In this document: positions 1 through 9,770 of the stretch, piece after piece
Position numbering within the stretch: position 1 is the stretch's first letter
Layout of the letters: each line of letters begins with the position of its first letter
Origin: a virus
DNA: 64,000 nt
Virus record (IMG/VR): IMGVR_UViG_3300005921_000006
Location: 9,222 to 73,221 of that record
Direction: 5' to 3' (one strand)
The notes under the pieces: model-generated
Databases searched by the model: none
What the model was told of the DNA's origin: nothing
The model's input: the letters and a program-made list of their open reading frames with translations, nothing else
Position numbers and translations under genes: made by a program

Positions 1-34
1 AGCGAGTCGTTCAGCATCATGCCCCAGCTGGTAA

Positions 35-60
35 TTCCCGCCGTATAATCTACGGCGGGA
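35..60. terminator. Perfect hairpin downstream of the late (minus-strand) operon; probable terminator
   Basis: tcccgccgta-taatc-tacggcggga inverted repeat, about 90 nt past the last minus-strand gene; no clear U-tract. Confidence 0.35.
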
Positions 61-151
61 GGAGCGGGGTCTAGAGTGGTTAAGAAGGAGTGCATTGCCG
101 CCGCCCGCAGGCGGGACAACCCATTCCGGCGTACGGGGCGGCGTCCGAGCT

Positions 152-736
152 TCATATTTCGTAAACCTTCCCGAACACCGCCGCCGCCTTGTTAAAAGTG
201 GCTTTAAAGCCGCTGGCCTTGCTCTTAAAAATTTCGTACAACTTCAGTTTCTTTTCGTCGCTCGTGCCCGGAGCTATTGCCGGGGCCAGGTTGGTAATGG
301 CCGTCAGCATGTCCGTAATCGCCGCGAACACCGCCGCTACCTTGGCCTGCGTTGCCGGGTCGGTAATATGCACCGCCGCCAGCAGCGTAGTAAGACTGCC
401 CGAGGTAGTGTTGACGATGGCTACGATCTGGTTTAAGATTCCCGGCTGGGCCGAGGCAAGTGCCGACTGGTAAGCGGCGATCAGGCCCTTTAGCGTAACC
501 AGGTCGGTCTGCGCCTGCGCTTCCCATTGGTTAAAACTGGTCATTACCGACTCGCTTACGCCTACGCCGAAAGCCGCGAGAATGGCAATAGCCGCCTGAA
601 TCGCCGGACCCAGCAGAGCCAGGATAGAGGAAGCCTGCGCTTCCCAGTCGCCGCACCCCGCCATAAGCCAGCAAAGGTCCAGCACGAAGAAAACTGCAAT
701 CAGTTTCCAAAACGTTCGAGCGTGAAAATATTTCAT
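152..736 (-). CDS. Putative lipoprotein or membrane protein (possible lysis accessory)
   Basis: Hydrophobic N-terminus ending in the lipobox-like LMAG-C, then amphipathic Ala-rich helices; last gene of the late operon. Confidence 0.6.
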   Translation of the reverse strand: MKYFHARTFWKLIAVFFVLDLCWLMAGCGDWEAQASSILALLGPAIQAAIAILAAFGVGVSESVMTSFNQWEAQAQTDLVTLKGLIAAYQSALASAQPGILNQIVAIVNTTSGSLTTLLAAVHITDPATQAKVAAVFAAITDMLTAITNLAPAIAPGTSDEKKLKLYEIFKSKASGFKATFNKAAAVFGKVYEI

Positions 737-739
737 AGT

Positions 740-1624
740 TTATGCTCCTAGTCTTACGCCGTAAAACATCGCCGCAAACTGTTCTATCGCCGTCTGTTCA
801 TCGTGGTCATTCCAAGTGACTTGGCAGATATAAGGAACCGTTGCGGGCGTGACCGCGATCTGATCCAAGAAGTAGTTCCCTGCCTGGTGGTCAATATCGG
901 TAGTTGCATCGCCCGTGCCCCACACGTCCAGTGAGTAATTCCGTGTCCCGGTGAATTGCGGGGCCATCACGCCAGCAGGAAGTGGCACGCCGCCGTTGTT
1001 GAAGCCAAGGCAGACACCCGCAAACTTCATCGTTGGTTTGGCATTGTCGGCCTTCAGGATGGCAATCAGGTCGGTGTCGCTGTTCGCTTGCGCGGGAGGG
1101 TTAGGCCAAGAGTAGCCCGTGTGCCACGACAGAATCGGGTTGTTCGGAAACGCAGCCTGTACCGTCGCCACATCCACGCCCGCCGAATTCGCCAGATCGA
1201 ATTCGAGGATATCGCCGCCGGGGACGTAGCAGGGGGACGCGAGAATCTGCTGGTAGCTGGGTGATTGCAGCGCCGTAATGACAGCCTGTGTGGGGTTCGG
1301 CTGCCCCTTGGCGATCCACTGATCCAGCACGAAGGCAAAGAGCATATCCCGCTCCATGCACTCTTCCCAGATCATTATAGTGGCCTCTTGCAGCACAGGG
1401 TTTACGGTCGGACCTTGCACCGTCAAGCATACACCGTCGAAACCCATCTGCTGCATCAAGGAGAGTTGATTCGACACAACCGTAAGATTATTGGATTGAT
1501 AACGACTGACGCGGTGAACCTTTTCAACCCCGCCGCTTGTCTCTCCAAACCACGCTACCATGTGGGCCATCAGCTTGCCACTCCAGCCCGGTATCAAGTT
1601 CTGAATTGTTGTTTTAAAGTTCAC
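740..1624 (-). CDS. Glycoside hydrolase, GH71/GH99-like
   Basis: Motifs AHMVAWFG, YQSNN..VV.NQL.LM..MGFDGV and TWNDHDEQTAIE; GTG start after RBS GGAGG. Confidence 0.65.
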   Translation of the reverse strand: MNFKTTIQNLIPGWSGKLMAHMVAWFGETSGGVEKVHRVSRYQSNNLTVVSNQLSLMQQMGFDGVCLTVQGPTVNPVLQEATIMIWEECMERDMLFAFVLDQWIAKGQPNPTQAVITALQSPSYQQILASPCYVPGGDILEFDLANSAGVDVATVQAAFPNNPILSWHTGYSWPNPPAQANSDTDLIAILKADNAKPTMKFAGVCLGFNNGGVPLPAGVMAPQFTGTRNYSLDVWGTGDATTDIDHQAGNYFLDQIAVTPATVPYICQVTWNDHDEQTAIEQFAAMFYGVRLGA

Positions 1625-1811
1625 TTGTCCTCCCTTTCCCGAACGCCCACTGTGCAAATCCGCCGGAAAGTACGGATAAGGCTCCTAGAATATACTGCAA
1701 TCCGAAGCTGGTTTTTTCCTCTACGTGACCCAGGGCAATAACTCCCGCGAGCGCCGCTAACAACACCAGCAGCAAGAAGCCGAAGATCATGCGCGGTTCT
1801 TTAAGACCCAT
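1614..1811 (-). CDS. Small two-TM membrane protein (holin candidate)
   Basis: Two hydrophobic stretches (FGFLLLVLLAALAGVIALG; YILGALSVLSGGFAQWAF) and a basic C-tail; start could be 1790. Confidence 0.55.
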   Translation of the reverse strand: MGLKEPRMIFGFLLLVLLAALAGVIALGHVEEKTSFGLQYILGALSVLSGGFAQWAFGKGRTSEL

Positions 1812-1980
1812 AGTATCCGAGATAAACGACGCTGCCGATAACCGGCCAAGTGTTCGGGTACACGCCATAGGCCGCGTAGAACGCCGCCCATGCGGTATTC
1901 AGAGCGGCCACGGTGTCAGCGCCGGAAGAAATTCCGGTCAGGTCTACGAACGACTGAAATTTATTTGGCGGTCCCGGCAT
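1801..1980 (-). CDS. Hypothetical 59-aa protein (not in the ORF track)
   Basis: Hand translation MPGPPNKFQSFVDLTG...YLGYYGS; RBS AGGAG upstream; fills the gap between neighbours. Confidence 0.55.
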   Translation of the reverse strand: MPGPPNKFQSFVDLTGISSGADTVAALNTAWAAFYAAYGVYPNTWPVIGSVVYLGYYGS

Positions 1981-2518
1981 TAGCTATTCTCCTGTACTGA
2001 AAATTATTGTGCACATCCTTAAACCAAAACCCACACTCTTTACGCACGATGCTCTTGCAAGTTCCTCGCTCTTCCCAAACAGCATAGTCGGCTATATACC
2101 CAACCCCCTGAGTAAGAATAGCAACTGTATCAACTCCACTCTTAACATCATCCAGACAGGGACGAAACGTATCTCCGTTTGGTTCTTCATCGCTCTTAAA
2201 TGCGAAGTCCCCATTATCCAATTGCTCAATAATGGCTACATGGTTTTCGTGGACTACAGTAATTTTGGGAATGCGGTACGCACCGTAAGTGAGGCCGGCA
2301 CAGCAACAGCAGGCAAAGCATAGTGCTCCCCACCGCGCCCCACCCAAACGACTATTCTTTTCTTTCCGCTTCAATCTTTTGAAGCCACTTGCGAAGTTTG
2401 TACAGTTCTGACTCAGATTCGTTCTGCTTCTTTTCCACAACTTCAACACGACCAATAAGGCGTAGTAGCATCCAACAAGCCAGCCCAAGTACCCAACCAG
2501 TTGTGCCAGGCGACCCAT
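1961..2518 (-). CDS. Hypothetical membrane-anchored protein
   Basis: 185-aa ORF with two hydrophobic segments; RBS GGAGG. Confidence 0.6.
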   Translation of the reverse strand: MGRLAQLVGYLGWLVGCYYALLVVLKLWKRSRTNLSQNCTNFASGFKRLKRKEKNSRLGGARWGALCFACCCCAGLTYGAYRIPKITVVHENHVAIIEQLDNGDFAFKSDEEPNGDTFRPCLDDVKSGVDTVAILTQGVGYIADYAVWEERGTCKSIVRKECGFWFKDVHNNFQYRRIANAGTAK

Positions 2519-2679
2519 TCATGTCCCTCCCCCGTGCTTTTTAGATTCCGCACTAGCCCCCGGCTTCCCTTCCGAGCGCTTCCCGTAACTGCCGCAACTT
2601 CACCGTGATTCGTTCGCGCCAAAATTCATCATCCGTATCAGCCAGCATCTGTTCCAGGAATTTAATTTCCTTCTCCACC

Positions 2680-2913
2680 TCACTTTTGGGCGTCTCGCTC
2701 ATCCTGTCTGCCCTGCGCCACCGCCGTTTTTAGCAGCTCCGTCATACGCCCGTTAATTTCCACCTTGACCGTGTGCAGCTCCTGCTTTGTTTCTCCGTGC
2801 ATCGCCTTGGCGTCCCTCCGCCCTAGCGCGGCGGTTACCAAAGCCCCCAGCCCAACCAGCGTAGGCGGAAGCGTGGTTACACAGGCTACGATAATAATAG
2901 TCCTATCCGTCAC
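2680..2913 (-). CDS. Single-TM holin-like protein
   Basis: N-terminal TM (IIIVACVTTLPPTLVGLGALVTAAL) followed by a charged tail; start overlaps the upstream stop. Confidence 0.55.
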   Translation of the reverse strand: MTDRTIIIVACVTTLPPTLVGLGALVTAALGRRDAKAMHGETKQELHTVKVEINGRMTELLKTAVAQGRQDERDAQK

Positions 2914-3068
2914 TTCAATCCGACCAGCTTTGGTACACTCTCCAGCAGAAAAGCCAGCAGCCCACAGGCATAGGCCAGCCGTCCGATTTCCTGGAGCTTC
3001 GGGTTAACGCACAATGCATACATTAACAAACCTACGACGGCTACCAGCAAACTTAAATAGATAATCAT
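2910..3068 (-). CDS. 52-aa two-TM membrane protein (not in the ORF track)
   Basis: MIIYLSLLVAVVGLLMYALCVNPKLQEIGRLAYACGLLAFLLESVPKLVGLK; 4-nt overlaps with both neighbours; RBS GGAGG. Confidence 0.65.
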   Translation of the reverse strand: MIIYLSLLVAVVGLLMYALCVNPKLQEIGRLAYACGLLAFLLESVPKLVGLK

Positions 3069-3550
3069 TTCGCCTCCTTCGGTACGGTTGTAGTGGTGGT
3101 TTGCAGCTGAGTTACTTCCGTAGTCTGCCTCACAACCTGCGCCTCCACCACGGCAGCTTGTGGTAGCGGACCTGGCATTTGTGGAAGCACTTGATTGATA
3201 AGCGGAATCTTACTTACGGCCATGTCCATAATGGAATCCAGTGTATGCCCGAATACCGCTGCAATCGGGGGTACCTGTGTCACCAGCTGCACGGCGGACC
3301 CGTAACCTTCCCACCCCAACGCAGCTAGTAGTCGGTCCGCCATGCCGGGGGTGAACATAATCCAGAACACCATTGACTCCAGGAATGCCCTTACAATCAA
3401 AGGCACCCAGGCTCTTTGCAAGTAGTTGAGGTAGCCCGTCGCCACAGGGTTAGGAGGGTTAATGCCGTAGTAGGCACGCTTGAGCCAGTAAGTGCCCATG
3501 CCTAACAGATACCAAAGCCAGAGCCAGACGATGTGCCAGTTCATAAACAC
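3065..3550 (-). CDS. Membrane protein (holin or lysis-cassette candidate)
   Basis: Several hydrophobic helices; lies in the cluster of small TM genes. Confidence 0.6.
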   Translation of the reverse strand: MFMNWHIVWLWLWYLLGMGTYWLKRAYYGINPPNPVATGYLNYLQRAWVPLIVRAFLESMVFWIMFTPGMADRLLAALGWEGYGSAVQLVTQVPPIAAVFGHTLDSIMDMAVSKIPLINQVLPQMPGPLPQAAVVEAQVVRQTTEVTQLQTTTTTVPKEAK

Positions 3551-3553
3551 CCC

Positions 3554-4327
3554 CTAGTTCGGATTCCCGTACAGCACCGCTCCCCACGTTTGTGAGTTCG
3601 AGCTTGCCGCGAACACCGTAACCGTAGTGCCGGAAACGCTACAAGCTCCCGCCAGTGCGGTAGCGCCTTGCACCTGAACTTGACAAATGGGCGTAACGTT
3701 AAACGCCGCCGCGAGGGTAAACGTACAGCTGGACGCGCCACTCATTGTGCAGGTTCCCAGCTTAATTACGCTTCCCCCCAATCCGCACACTAGCTGACCC
3801 AGCGTGTTAATGCCTAGGACGACGCTACCCGTGGAACACGAAGAAGCGTACACTCCGCCCGGTAGCAAGGTAGACGGTAGAGGCAGATTAATGAGCAGCA
3901 CGGCGCTGGGGGAGGTGGGAACGTAAGTGTCGAAGTTGCAGACCCCCGCCGTACACCAGGAGCTATTCGTTTGCGGGTAGACGCACTGATAGCCCGAGTT
4001 CGACCCGCCCAAAACCTTTTGGCCAGAAGAATTAAACACCGTAACCTGGAAACAAATGTTTTGCGGTTGGGTAAGTAGAACGTTAGCGACCAGGCAGGTG
4101 TTAGCGATAGCACCGTTGAGTACAGGGCACACCGTGGGCGCGAGTATCTGCTGCCCCCCACCGCCGGCCTGATAACTCAGCGACTGCTGGTTGGTACCTA
4201 CGGCCTGGAACACAATCTGTCCGGCAGGGAGTTTGGTAGTGCCCTGGGCAATATTCGACGCCGTAACGGAAACAAAATTCTGCGCCCAGGCGGAACCGAG
4301 AAGCAACAGCCAGAGAAATTTTCGCAT
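3554..4327 (-). CDS. Signal-peptide-bearing Cys-rich fibre-associated protein
   Basis: Signal MRKFLWLLLLGSAWA|Q; N-terminal part paralogous to 6313..7989, C-terminal part paralogous to 9770..10375. Confidence 0.75.
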   Translation of the reverse strand: MRKFLWLLLLGSAWAQNFVSVTASNIAQGTTKLPAGQIVFQAVGTNQQSLSYQAGGGGQQILAPTVCPVLNGAIANTCLVANVLLTQPQNICFQVTVFNSSGQKVLGGSNSGYQCVYPQTNSSWCTAGVCNFDTYVPTSPSAVLLINLPLPSTLLPGGVYASSCSTGSVVLGINTLGQLVCGLGGSVIKLGTCTMSGASSCTFTLAAAFNVTPICQVQVQGATALAGACSVSGTTVTVFAASSNSQTWGAVLYGNPN

Positions 4328-4330
4328 ACC

Positions 4331-6316
4331 TTATTGCGCCTGCGCCAGTCTGGGCATAATGCCGATCTGCATACTGTGCCCGGTAATGGTTACCTTCGGA
4401 TTACCGTAAAGATCGAGATACGACAAATAACTGCTACCCACGGTGTGGGTGGAGAATGTGCACCCTGTCACGGGCGTGCCGTAACAGTACTGCACCGAGT
4501 CCCAAATCATCGCCGCCGCTACGCTATTCGGCAGCGTCAACGTACAGGTGTGTACTGTACCGGACACCGAACAAGTGCCGGGAACCGATCCAACCATCCA
4601 GTTATAAAGCTGCCCGTAAGCCACGTTCGCCGTCGTCGAGCCCATACCGTTGTACGTGGTACTCCAGTTATACCAGGCATCGTTGCTCCAACCGTTAAAG
4701 AAAAACTCGATGTAATCACGAGCAATGTACCCAGCCTGCATATCGGGGTCCGTGTAACAGTCGGTCATGCCGGGGCAGCTCCATCCCCCCGAACCGAACC
4801 CATCCTCCGTATTATCCAGCGGCTTCGCCAGTTCCGCACTTTGTAAAATACCGTTAATTGCCTCCGTCGCCGTAGGCACTACGGTTTCCGCCCCGCTCAC
4901 GCCGGGTTTAACGTGAAAGTTAATTCCATCCGCCTGGGCCGCGCCCGCCGTTCCGCTTACGCAACTAGTAGCACCTAGCTGCCCCGAAGGGCCGCAAGTT
5001 CCTGCCGAAAGCGGCTGGCAGTAAAGAAAACATTTTGCTAACAAAGTAGTATCGTCATGATAGCTGGGCATTAGAATGGACGCCGTGGTGTCAATAGGCC
5101 CGCTCAATCCCACGCTCGTCTGCACCTGGGAGCAAGTTTCGCCCGTTGCCGCAATCGTAAACGATCCGCCCTTTACGATGCAGTACAAGTCCTGCTCCAT
5201 GCGGATTAGCTGGTCGAAGCTGCCAATCCAGAAGTTCGTGCTATCCGGTTCGTTCCACGTCTCCCAATACGCCACGTGCGCGTGAGTACAGTTTACCGTT
5301 CCAGGGCAGTTCGCGCCGCCCGCCGCCCACGTACCCGTACCGGCGATGTAGCCCGCCTGATTTACGTGCCCGGCAATCGCCGCTATCCAGTGACGCCAGA
5401 TAGAATCCGTACCGCTGCCGTTCGTAGCTACGTCGGTAGGCGGAGCACACTGTCCCGGCAGCTGTTGTGGCTGAATACTGCCGTTAGTAAAGCTGCTGCA
5501 AATATCCTGGGGCACGGCAGAGGGCGTAAAGATCGCCCCACTCGTTTGCCCCACCCAGGTTCCGCCCGCTGTCGCTGTACCCATGTACTGCGCAATATTC
5601 AATACGCCGGAAGAGTAGCTTACGAACGTAGTAGAAACGCCCGAACCGGTCTGTAGTACCGTCTCGCTCGCCGTAAACGTTCCGCTTGTCAGCGTACCGT
5701 CCACGTACAGGTTCGTGTTGCTGCTGGCCCAGTTCGGAGTCCGCGCTAACCCGTATTGCGCAGTGTGGACGCTATTTTGCGTCATCAGGTTTAAAATCTC
5801 GTCCAGTTGCGTCCAGTTGTAGACGCCGAAAGCCGTATTGAGCCAGGGCCACTGTGCACCGACCGTATCCCAAATGCGTCCTTGGCCGTGATTAATCCCG
5901 ACAGGGAAAGCCGTGCTCTGGTTGTAAGCAATCGCGAACGTTGGAGACGCGGGAATTGCCCCGCTACCAGAACCCGTAAACACGGCGGTTAGGCTGGCCG
6001 TAGCCGTAATATTAAACGTGCAAGACCCAGTACCCGAACAGCCGCTGGCTCCGTCCGTTCCCGAGGACCACGCGAATCCACTCCCTCCGGTAATCGTGGG
6101 GGTTAACGTAATCAATGCCCCTACTACGTACGTATGATTGCAGGTTCCGCCCGAAGAACTACAGTTAGAAATATAACCGTCCGCCGAACTGATGGACCCA
6201 GTGCCCGTGCCCGTGGGGGTTACCGTCAACACGGCGGTAGTCGTGGAGGTAGGAGACCCAAACGTAACTTGGGCTACCGCCGAACCGCACAACAACAAAA
6301 ACAATAGCAATCTCAT
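4331..6316 (-). CDS. Secreted GH-A clan (GH39/GH5-like) glycoside hydrolase with a divergent InlB-B-like repeat
   Basis: Signal MRLLLFLLLCGSAVA|Q; motifs RIWDT..W, YNWTQLD, YWETWNEPD (acid/base), DGINFH and NTEDG (nucleophile). Confidence 0.75.
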   Translation of the reverse strand: MRLLLFLLLCGSAVAQVTFGSPTSTTTAVLTVTPTGTGTGSISSADGYISNCSSSGGTCNHTYVVGALITLTPTITGGSGFAWSSGTDGASGCSGTGSCTFNITATASLTAVFTGSGSGAIPASPTFAIAYNQSTAFPVGINHGQGRIWDTVGAQWPWLNTAFGVYNWTQLDEILNLMTQNSVHTAQYGLARTPNWASSNTNLYVDGTLTSGTFTASETVLQTGSGVSTTFVSYSSGVLNIAQYMGTATAGGTWVGQTSGAIFTPSAVPQDICSSFTNGSIQPQQLPGQCAPPTDVATNGSGTDSIWRHWIAAIAGHVNQAGYIAGTGTWAAGGANCPGTVNCTHAHVAYWETWNEPDSTNFWIGSFDQLIRMEQDLYCIVKGGSFTIAATGETCSQVQTSVGLSGPIDTTASILMPSYHDDTTLLAKCFLYCQPLSAGTCGPSGQLGATSCVSGTAGAAQADGINFHVKPGVSGAETVVPTATEAINGILQSAELAKPLDNTEDGFGSGGWSCPGMTDCYTDPDMQAGYIARDYIEFFFNGWSNDAWYNWSTTYNGMGSTTANVAYGQLYNWMVGSVPGTCSVSGTVHTCTLTLPNSVAAAMIWDSVQYCYGTPVTGCTFSTHTVGSSYLSYLDLYGNPKVTITGHSMQIGIMPRLAQAQ

Positions 6317-7989
6317 TGCAGCCTCAGTAGAGAAAAGTGGACATCGTATGTTCCGGTTCCCGTCGTACATGCCGTGTAGGCAGCGGATACGTCAATCGTA
6401 GCCGTGGCGGTATTCCAAAATGTATACACCGCGTTGGCATTCGAGGTGCCTGTTGTTGTGAAACTCAACGTTATAAGCGGATGAGTAACCGAGCCTTGGG
6501 AATCCGCATAGATTACTTTTGGAATTACGCTTCCCGCCGTCACGTTCGAGCACAGCGTGGGAACTTCGTTCGTGTACAGACTTAACTGATACTGCCCGGT
6601 GGGAGCGTTCGTGTAAATTGCCGTGCTCCCGATGTTTCCCGTCTGCCCTGTCTGGTTCACCGATCCGACAACCAGCGGGATCGCCCCAGTAAAAGTAGCG
6701 GAAGCCGTTCCCGCTACGGTGTCGCTATTTACAACGAAGTCGGAAAACGGGTTTCCATTGTAACTCAACTGGTAGCGGTTGTCACTGCCGTAACCCGTCT
6801 TTATCCACCCCGCCTGCGGGGAAGCTTGAATATAAGGAGTGGTTGTGCCCGATTGCATTGCGAATAGATCGCCGGTAGTCAGCTGGAGAGTAAGCGAGAT
6901 GCCCGTGGCATTTTGAATATTCGGCGTGTTGAATATAGGCGAGTTGACTAGCGCAATAGCGCCCGTACCGCTCGTCCCGTTCGACAGGTTTCCCGCGTTG
7001 TCGAGATTCGTTAGAGCGCATTCGCTGAATTGCCCGTCCCAGTAGCACACGTGAGCGTTTCCATTTAGACTATTATTCAAAAGCCACGCGCTACCCGGTG
7101 GCAGCGTAGGACCGGGGTTGACGAATACGTTACCCAGCACCAACGAAGAAGTTGCTCCGCTTACCTGGAATAGCTGCTGCGTATTGCTGCCGTACGTATT
7201 ATTCTGATTCGGGCATACCACCGTCGTGCAATTGGCGTAACCCTGCGCCTTTACCCACTGGCTGTTCACGATTAGTCCAGAATTATTACCCAGCGACGGC
7301 GTAGGCACCATAGGGGTGCCAGAAAACGTAGGGCTAACGAGAGGGGCCAGCGCGGTAAGCGCCGACTCTAAATCCGTTTGGTTCGCCAGCGTACCCGTAA
7401 TCGCACCCCACACCGCGCCACCCCCGCCCGAGGCCGTAACACACTGCGCTACCCCCAGCGTGTTGTAACCGCCTACGGCGTACCCCGAGGGACACGTACT
7501 AGCGTAAATACCGCCCAGCGAATTGGCCTGGGGAGGGGGAAGGTACAGCACCAACACGGCGTTCGGAATCGTCGGATAGTAACTGTCGAAATCGCAAATA
7601 GAATTGGAGCACCAGGAGCTATATGCCACCGGCTGTACGCACTGATAAGGGCTACCCGGCCCGCCTAAGACTATGACGTTGGAACTATTCAGAATCGTTA
7701 CCGCGAAACAAAAATTTTGCGGGCTGGCTACTGACACGTTCGCTACCGTGCAGGTGCCGTTAACTGCGCCGTTGGTAATCGAGCATATCGTGGGGGAAGT
7801 GTAACTCGGCCCGGTAGCACCCAGCTGGTAAGAGATATTTTGTCCCGAGGAGTTTACGGCTTGAAACAAGATCGTACCCGCCGACAGCAGCCCGCTGGAG
7901 CCATTATGAATATTGGCGGCGGTTACGGTGACGGTGTTCTGGGAGAAAGCCGAAGCCGCAAAAAGTAGGAATAAAAGCAGTTTTCTCAT
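6313..7989 (-). CDS. Tail-fibre-like protein with a signal peptide
   Basis: Signal MRKLLLFLLFAASAFS|Q; phage fibre motifs WGAITGTLANQTDL and APLVSPTFSGTPMVPT. Confidence 0.75.
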   Translation of the reverse strand: MRKLLLFLLFAASAFSQNTVTVTAANIHNGSSGLLSAGTILFQAVNSSGQNISYQLGATGPSYTSPTICSITNGAVNGTCTVANVSVASPQNFCFAVTILNSSNVIVLGGPGSPYQCVQPVAYSSWCSNSICDFDSYYPTIPNAVLVLYLPPPQANSLGGIYASTCPSGYAVGGYNTLGVAQCVTASGGGGAVWGAITGTLANQTDLESALTALAPLVSPTFSGTPMVPTPSLGNNSGLIVNSQWVKAQGYANCTTVVCPNQNNTYGSNTQQLFQVSGATSSLVLGNVFVNPGPTLPPGSAWLLNNSLNGNAHVCYWDGQFSECALTNLDNAGNLSNGTSGTGAIALVNSPIFNTPNIQNATGISLTLQLTTGDLFAMQSGTTTPYIQASPQAGWIKTGYGSDNRYQLSYNGNPFSDFVVNSDTVAGTASATFTGAIPLVVGSVNQTGQTGNIGSTAIYTNAPTGQYQLSLYTNEVPTLCSNVTAGSVIPKVIYADSQGSVTHPLITLSFTTTGTSNANAVYTFWNTATATIDVSAAYTACTTGTGTYDVHFSLLRLQ

Positions 7990-8306
7990 CGTACGCTCCT
8001 GTAGTGCTTCGCGCTCCAGGCGGCTCCAAAGCCGTGGCCTGCAATTTCGCCGAGCGTTAAAATCAGGCTCATTTTCTTGTGTCCTCGAATTTTCAGCTTC
8101 CTCTCAGCATACAGACTACCGGCCAGGTCTCCCGCGAAAAACGCGGAGAGTAGAACTGGGCCCCGAAGCACAAAAGGCCGCGCCACCGGGTCGTGCTCAA
8201 CCGCCGTAGGAAAGCTCACGGTGTACTGCGTAGTCAAGGCATCCGCCCCCGTAGTGGCAACCTGTAGAGCACACAACCATAGTGAACAATGAAGAACCGC
8301 TATCAT
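7986..8306 (-). CDS. Hypothetical membrane protein
   Basis: ATGA overlap with the upstream fibre gene; hydrophobic segments; DUF5658-like D..TT...E..P..R pattern. Confidence 0.55.
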   Translation of the reverse strand: MIAVLHCSLWLCALQVATTGADALTTQYTVSFPTAVEHDPVARPFVLRGPVLLSAFFAGDLAGSLYAERKLKIRGHKKMSLILTLGEIAGHGFGAAWSAKHYRSVR

Positions 8307-8911
8307 TTTCCGATAGCGAACCACTGCACTATGGCGGAGCCGGGTTCGTTGGTTACCAACATCTCCCAGCTGAAGCCTGTTGTGCTGGAAGTGGTCAACC
8401 CTAGAAAAGCTTCTACATCCGTAGGTGATAGGAAGCTGCCAGTAAAAGCTGTCAATTGAATGACAGGATTGAGCGTAAAAGCTTCCGTGAACGTAACCGC
8501 ATTTGCCGCGTTTACCGGCCCGGAGGATTGCCCCCACTGTAGAATTAAACCTCCCAGCGCCGAGCCGAACTTTATATAGCCCGTATTTGCGGCGAACGAA
8601 GAGGCTACAATTAAGTCCGCGCCCGTAAGAACGTTATTGAGTACCGCTTCTAAAGCGGTTACCGCTGCATTAGAACTAGTATCAGCTACAAACGGAGTAG
8701 TACCGTCTGAAGTGTTGTAGCCTTTCCCTGACAACGATAAACAAAAAGCTCGAACAAATGTACTCGGTTGATAGAAAAGTTTGTTTGCCGTAGCACTGGG
8801 AAACACCGAGCCAGAAGGAGCGCCGCCTGTACGTTGAGTATCCGCCTGGTACGAAGCATCATCCTCTTGATTAGTTGCAGCAGGATTCCATTGACTGAAG
8901 TTTGTCGTCAT
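8303..8911 (-). CDS. Tail fibre protein (gp53-like C-terminal domain)
   Basis: Baseplate-anchor-like N-terminus (RTGG..SG...SATANKLFYQ) and GYIKF..GLILQWG motif; follows DUF2612. Confidence 0.8.
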   Translation of the reverse strand: MTTNFSQWNPAATNQEDDASYQADTQRTGGAPSGSVFPSATANKLFYQPSTFVRAFCLSLSGKGYNTSDGTTPFVADTSSNAAVTALEAVLNNVLTGADLIVASSFAANTGYIKFGSALGGLILQWGQSSGPVNAANAVTFTEAFTLNPVIQLTAFTGSFLSPTDVEAFLGLTTSSTTGFSWEMLVTNEPGSAIVQWFAIGK

Positions 8912-8915
8912 AGAG

Positions 8916-9770
8916 TTAGTTCCACTCTCCAATATCAAAACCCTGGACGAACACAGGGTTAGTATTATCGAATCCGAAGCTAGGCGTGGTAGAGTAGTTC
9001 GACGTATACGCCACGGCCTCAGGGCGGGGGATGATCAGGTCGTTAGCAATCATCTGCTGCTGAATTGAGCTGAAGTTCCCGACCAGCTTAATCGTACAGG
9101 TCATATTCTGGTTGTCGGTGATGTAGATGTAGCAACCGGGGAATAGCGTTTGCAACGGGAACCAAAGCGAATCTGCCTGCCCGTCCCACTGGTTCCAGAT
9201 AATCCGTGCTCGAATCAGAGTCAAGTAATCTGCATCCGACAGGGTCGAGCTGGGAGCCGCGTTCGTTACCGACGAGTTTGTAACGTGAGTCAAGGTAAAG
9301 TTCGCCGTAAAGGAAACCCCGGTGACAATTGCAGTAGGCGTGACCGTTTCCGTATGGGAGTCCGACCCGGTTATCGTCTGCGGAACTCCTACGGACATGT
9401 AGTTCGTATTGTTGACGGTTACCGTGTGCACGCCCGTAGAAGTAATCGCCACCGTGGTCAGAGCACTTACTCCGACGGGAACGAACGGTAGCTGCCGACT
9501 GGCTCCGACTAACTGGCCGACGACATTGAGTTGATCTCCTACGGGCGCAGGAACGGCATTTACATCGTAAGCCGCGTTAATCAACTGAGCACAAGCCAAC
9601 GTGTCTAAAAACGGTTGTAGTAGCAACGCCAGGAACGCCCGCAAGTTCGGTGAGGCAGGGTTCTGATACTGACTGGTAAGCAGACCGAGGTAGTACGGCA
9701 GCGTAGGGCTAACACTTCCCCCTCCACCGTACCCGCCCGCTCCGTAACCGCCGCCGCCGTAGCCGCCCAT
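8916..9770 (-). CDS. Baseplate wedge protein, DUF2612-like
   Basis: AVGDQL.VVGQLVG.SR-like motif, LSDADYLTLIRARI..NQWDG and DNQNMT; follows baseplate J. Confidence 0.85.
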   Translation of the reverse strand: MGGYGGGGYGAGGYGGGGSVSPTLPYYLGLLTSQYQNPASPNLRAFLALLLQPFLDTLACAQLINAAYDVNAVPAPVGDQLNVVGQLVGASRQLPFVPVGVSALTTVAITSTGVHTVTVNNTNYMSVGVPQTITGSDSHTETVTPTAIVTGVSFTANFTLTHVTNSSVTNAAPSSTLSDADYLTLIRARIIWNQWDGQADSLWFPLQTLFPGCYIYITDNQNMTCTIKLVGNFSSIQQQMIANDLIIPRPEAVAYTSNYSTTPSFGFDNTNPVFVQGFDIGEWN

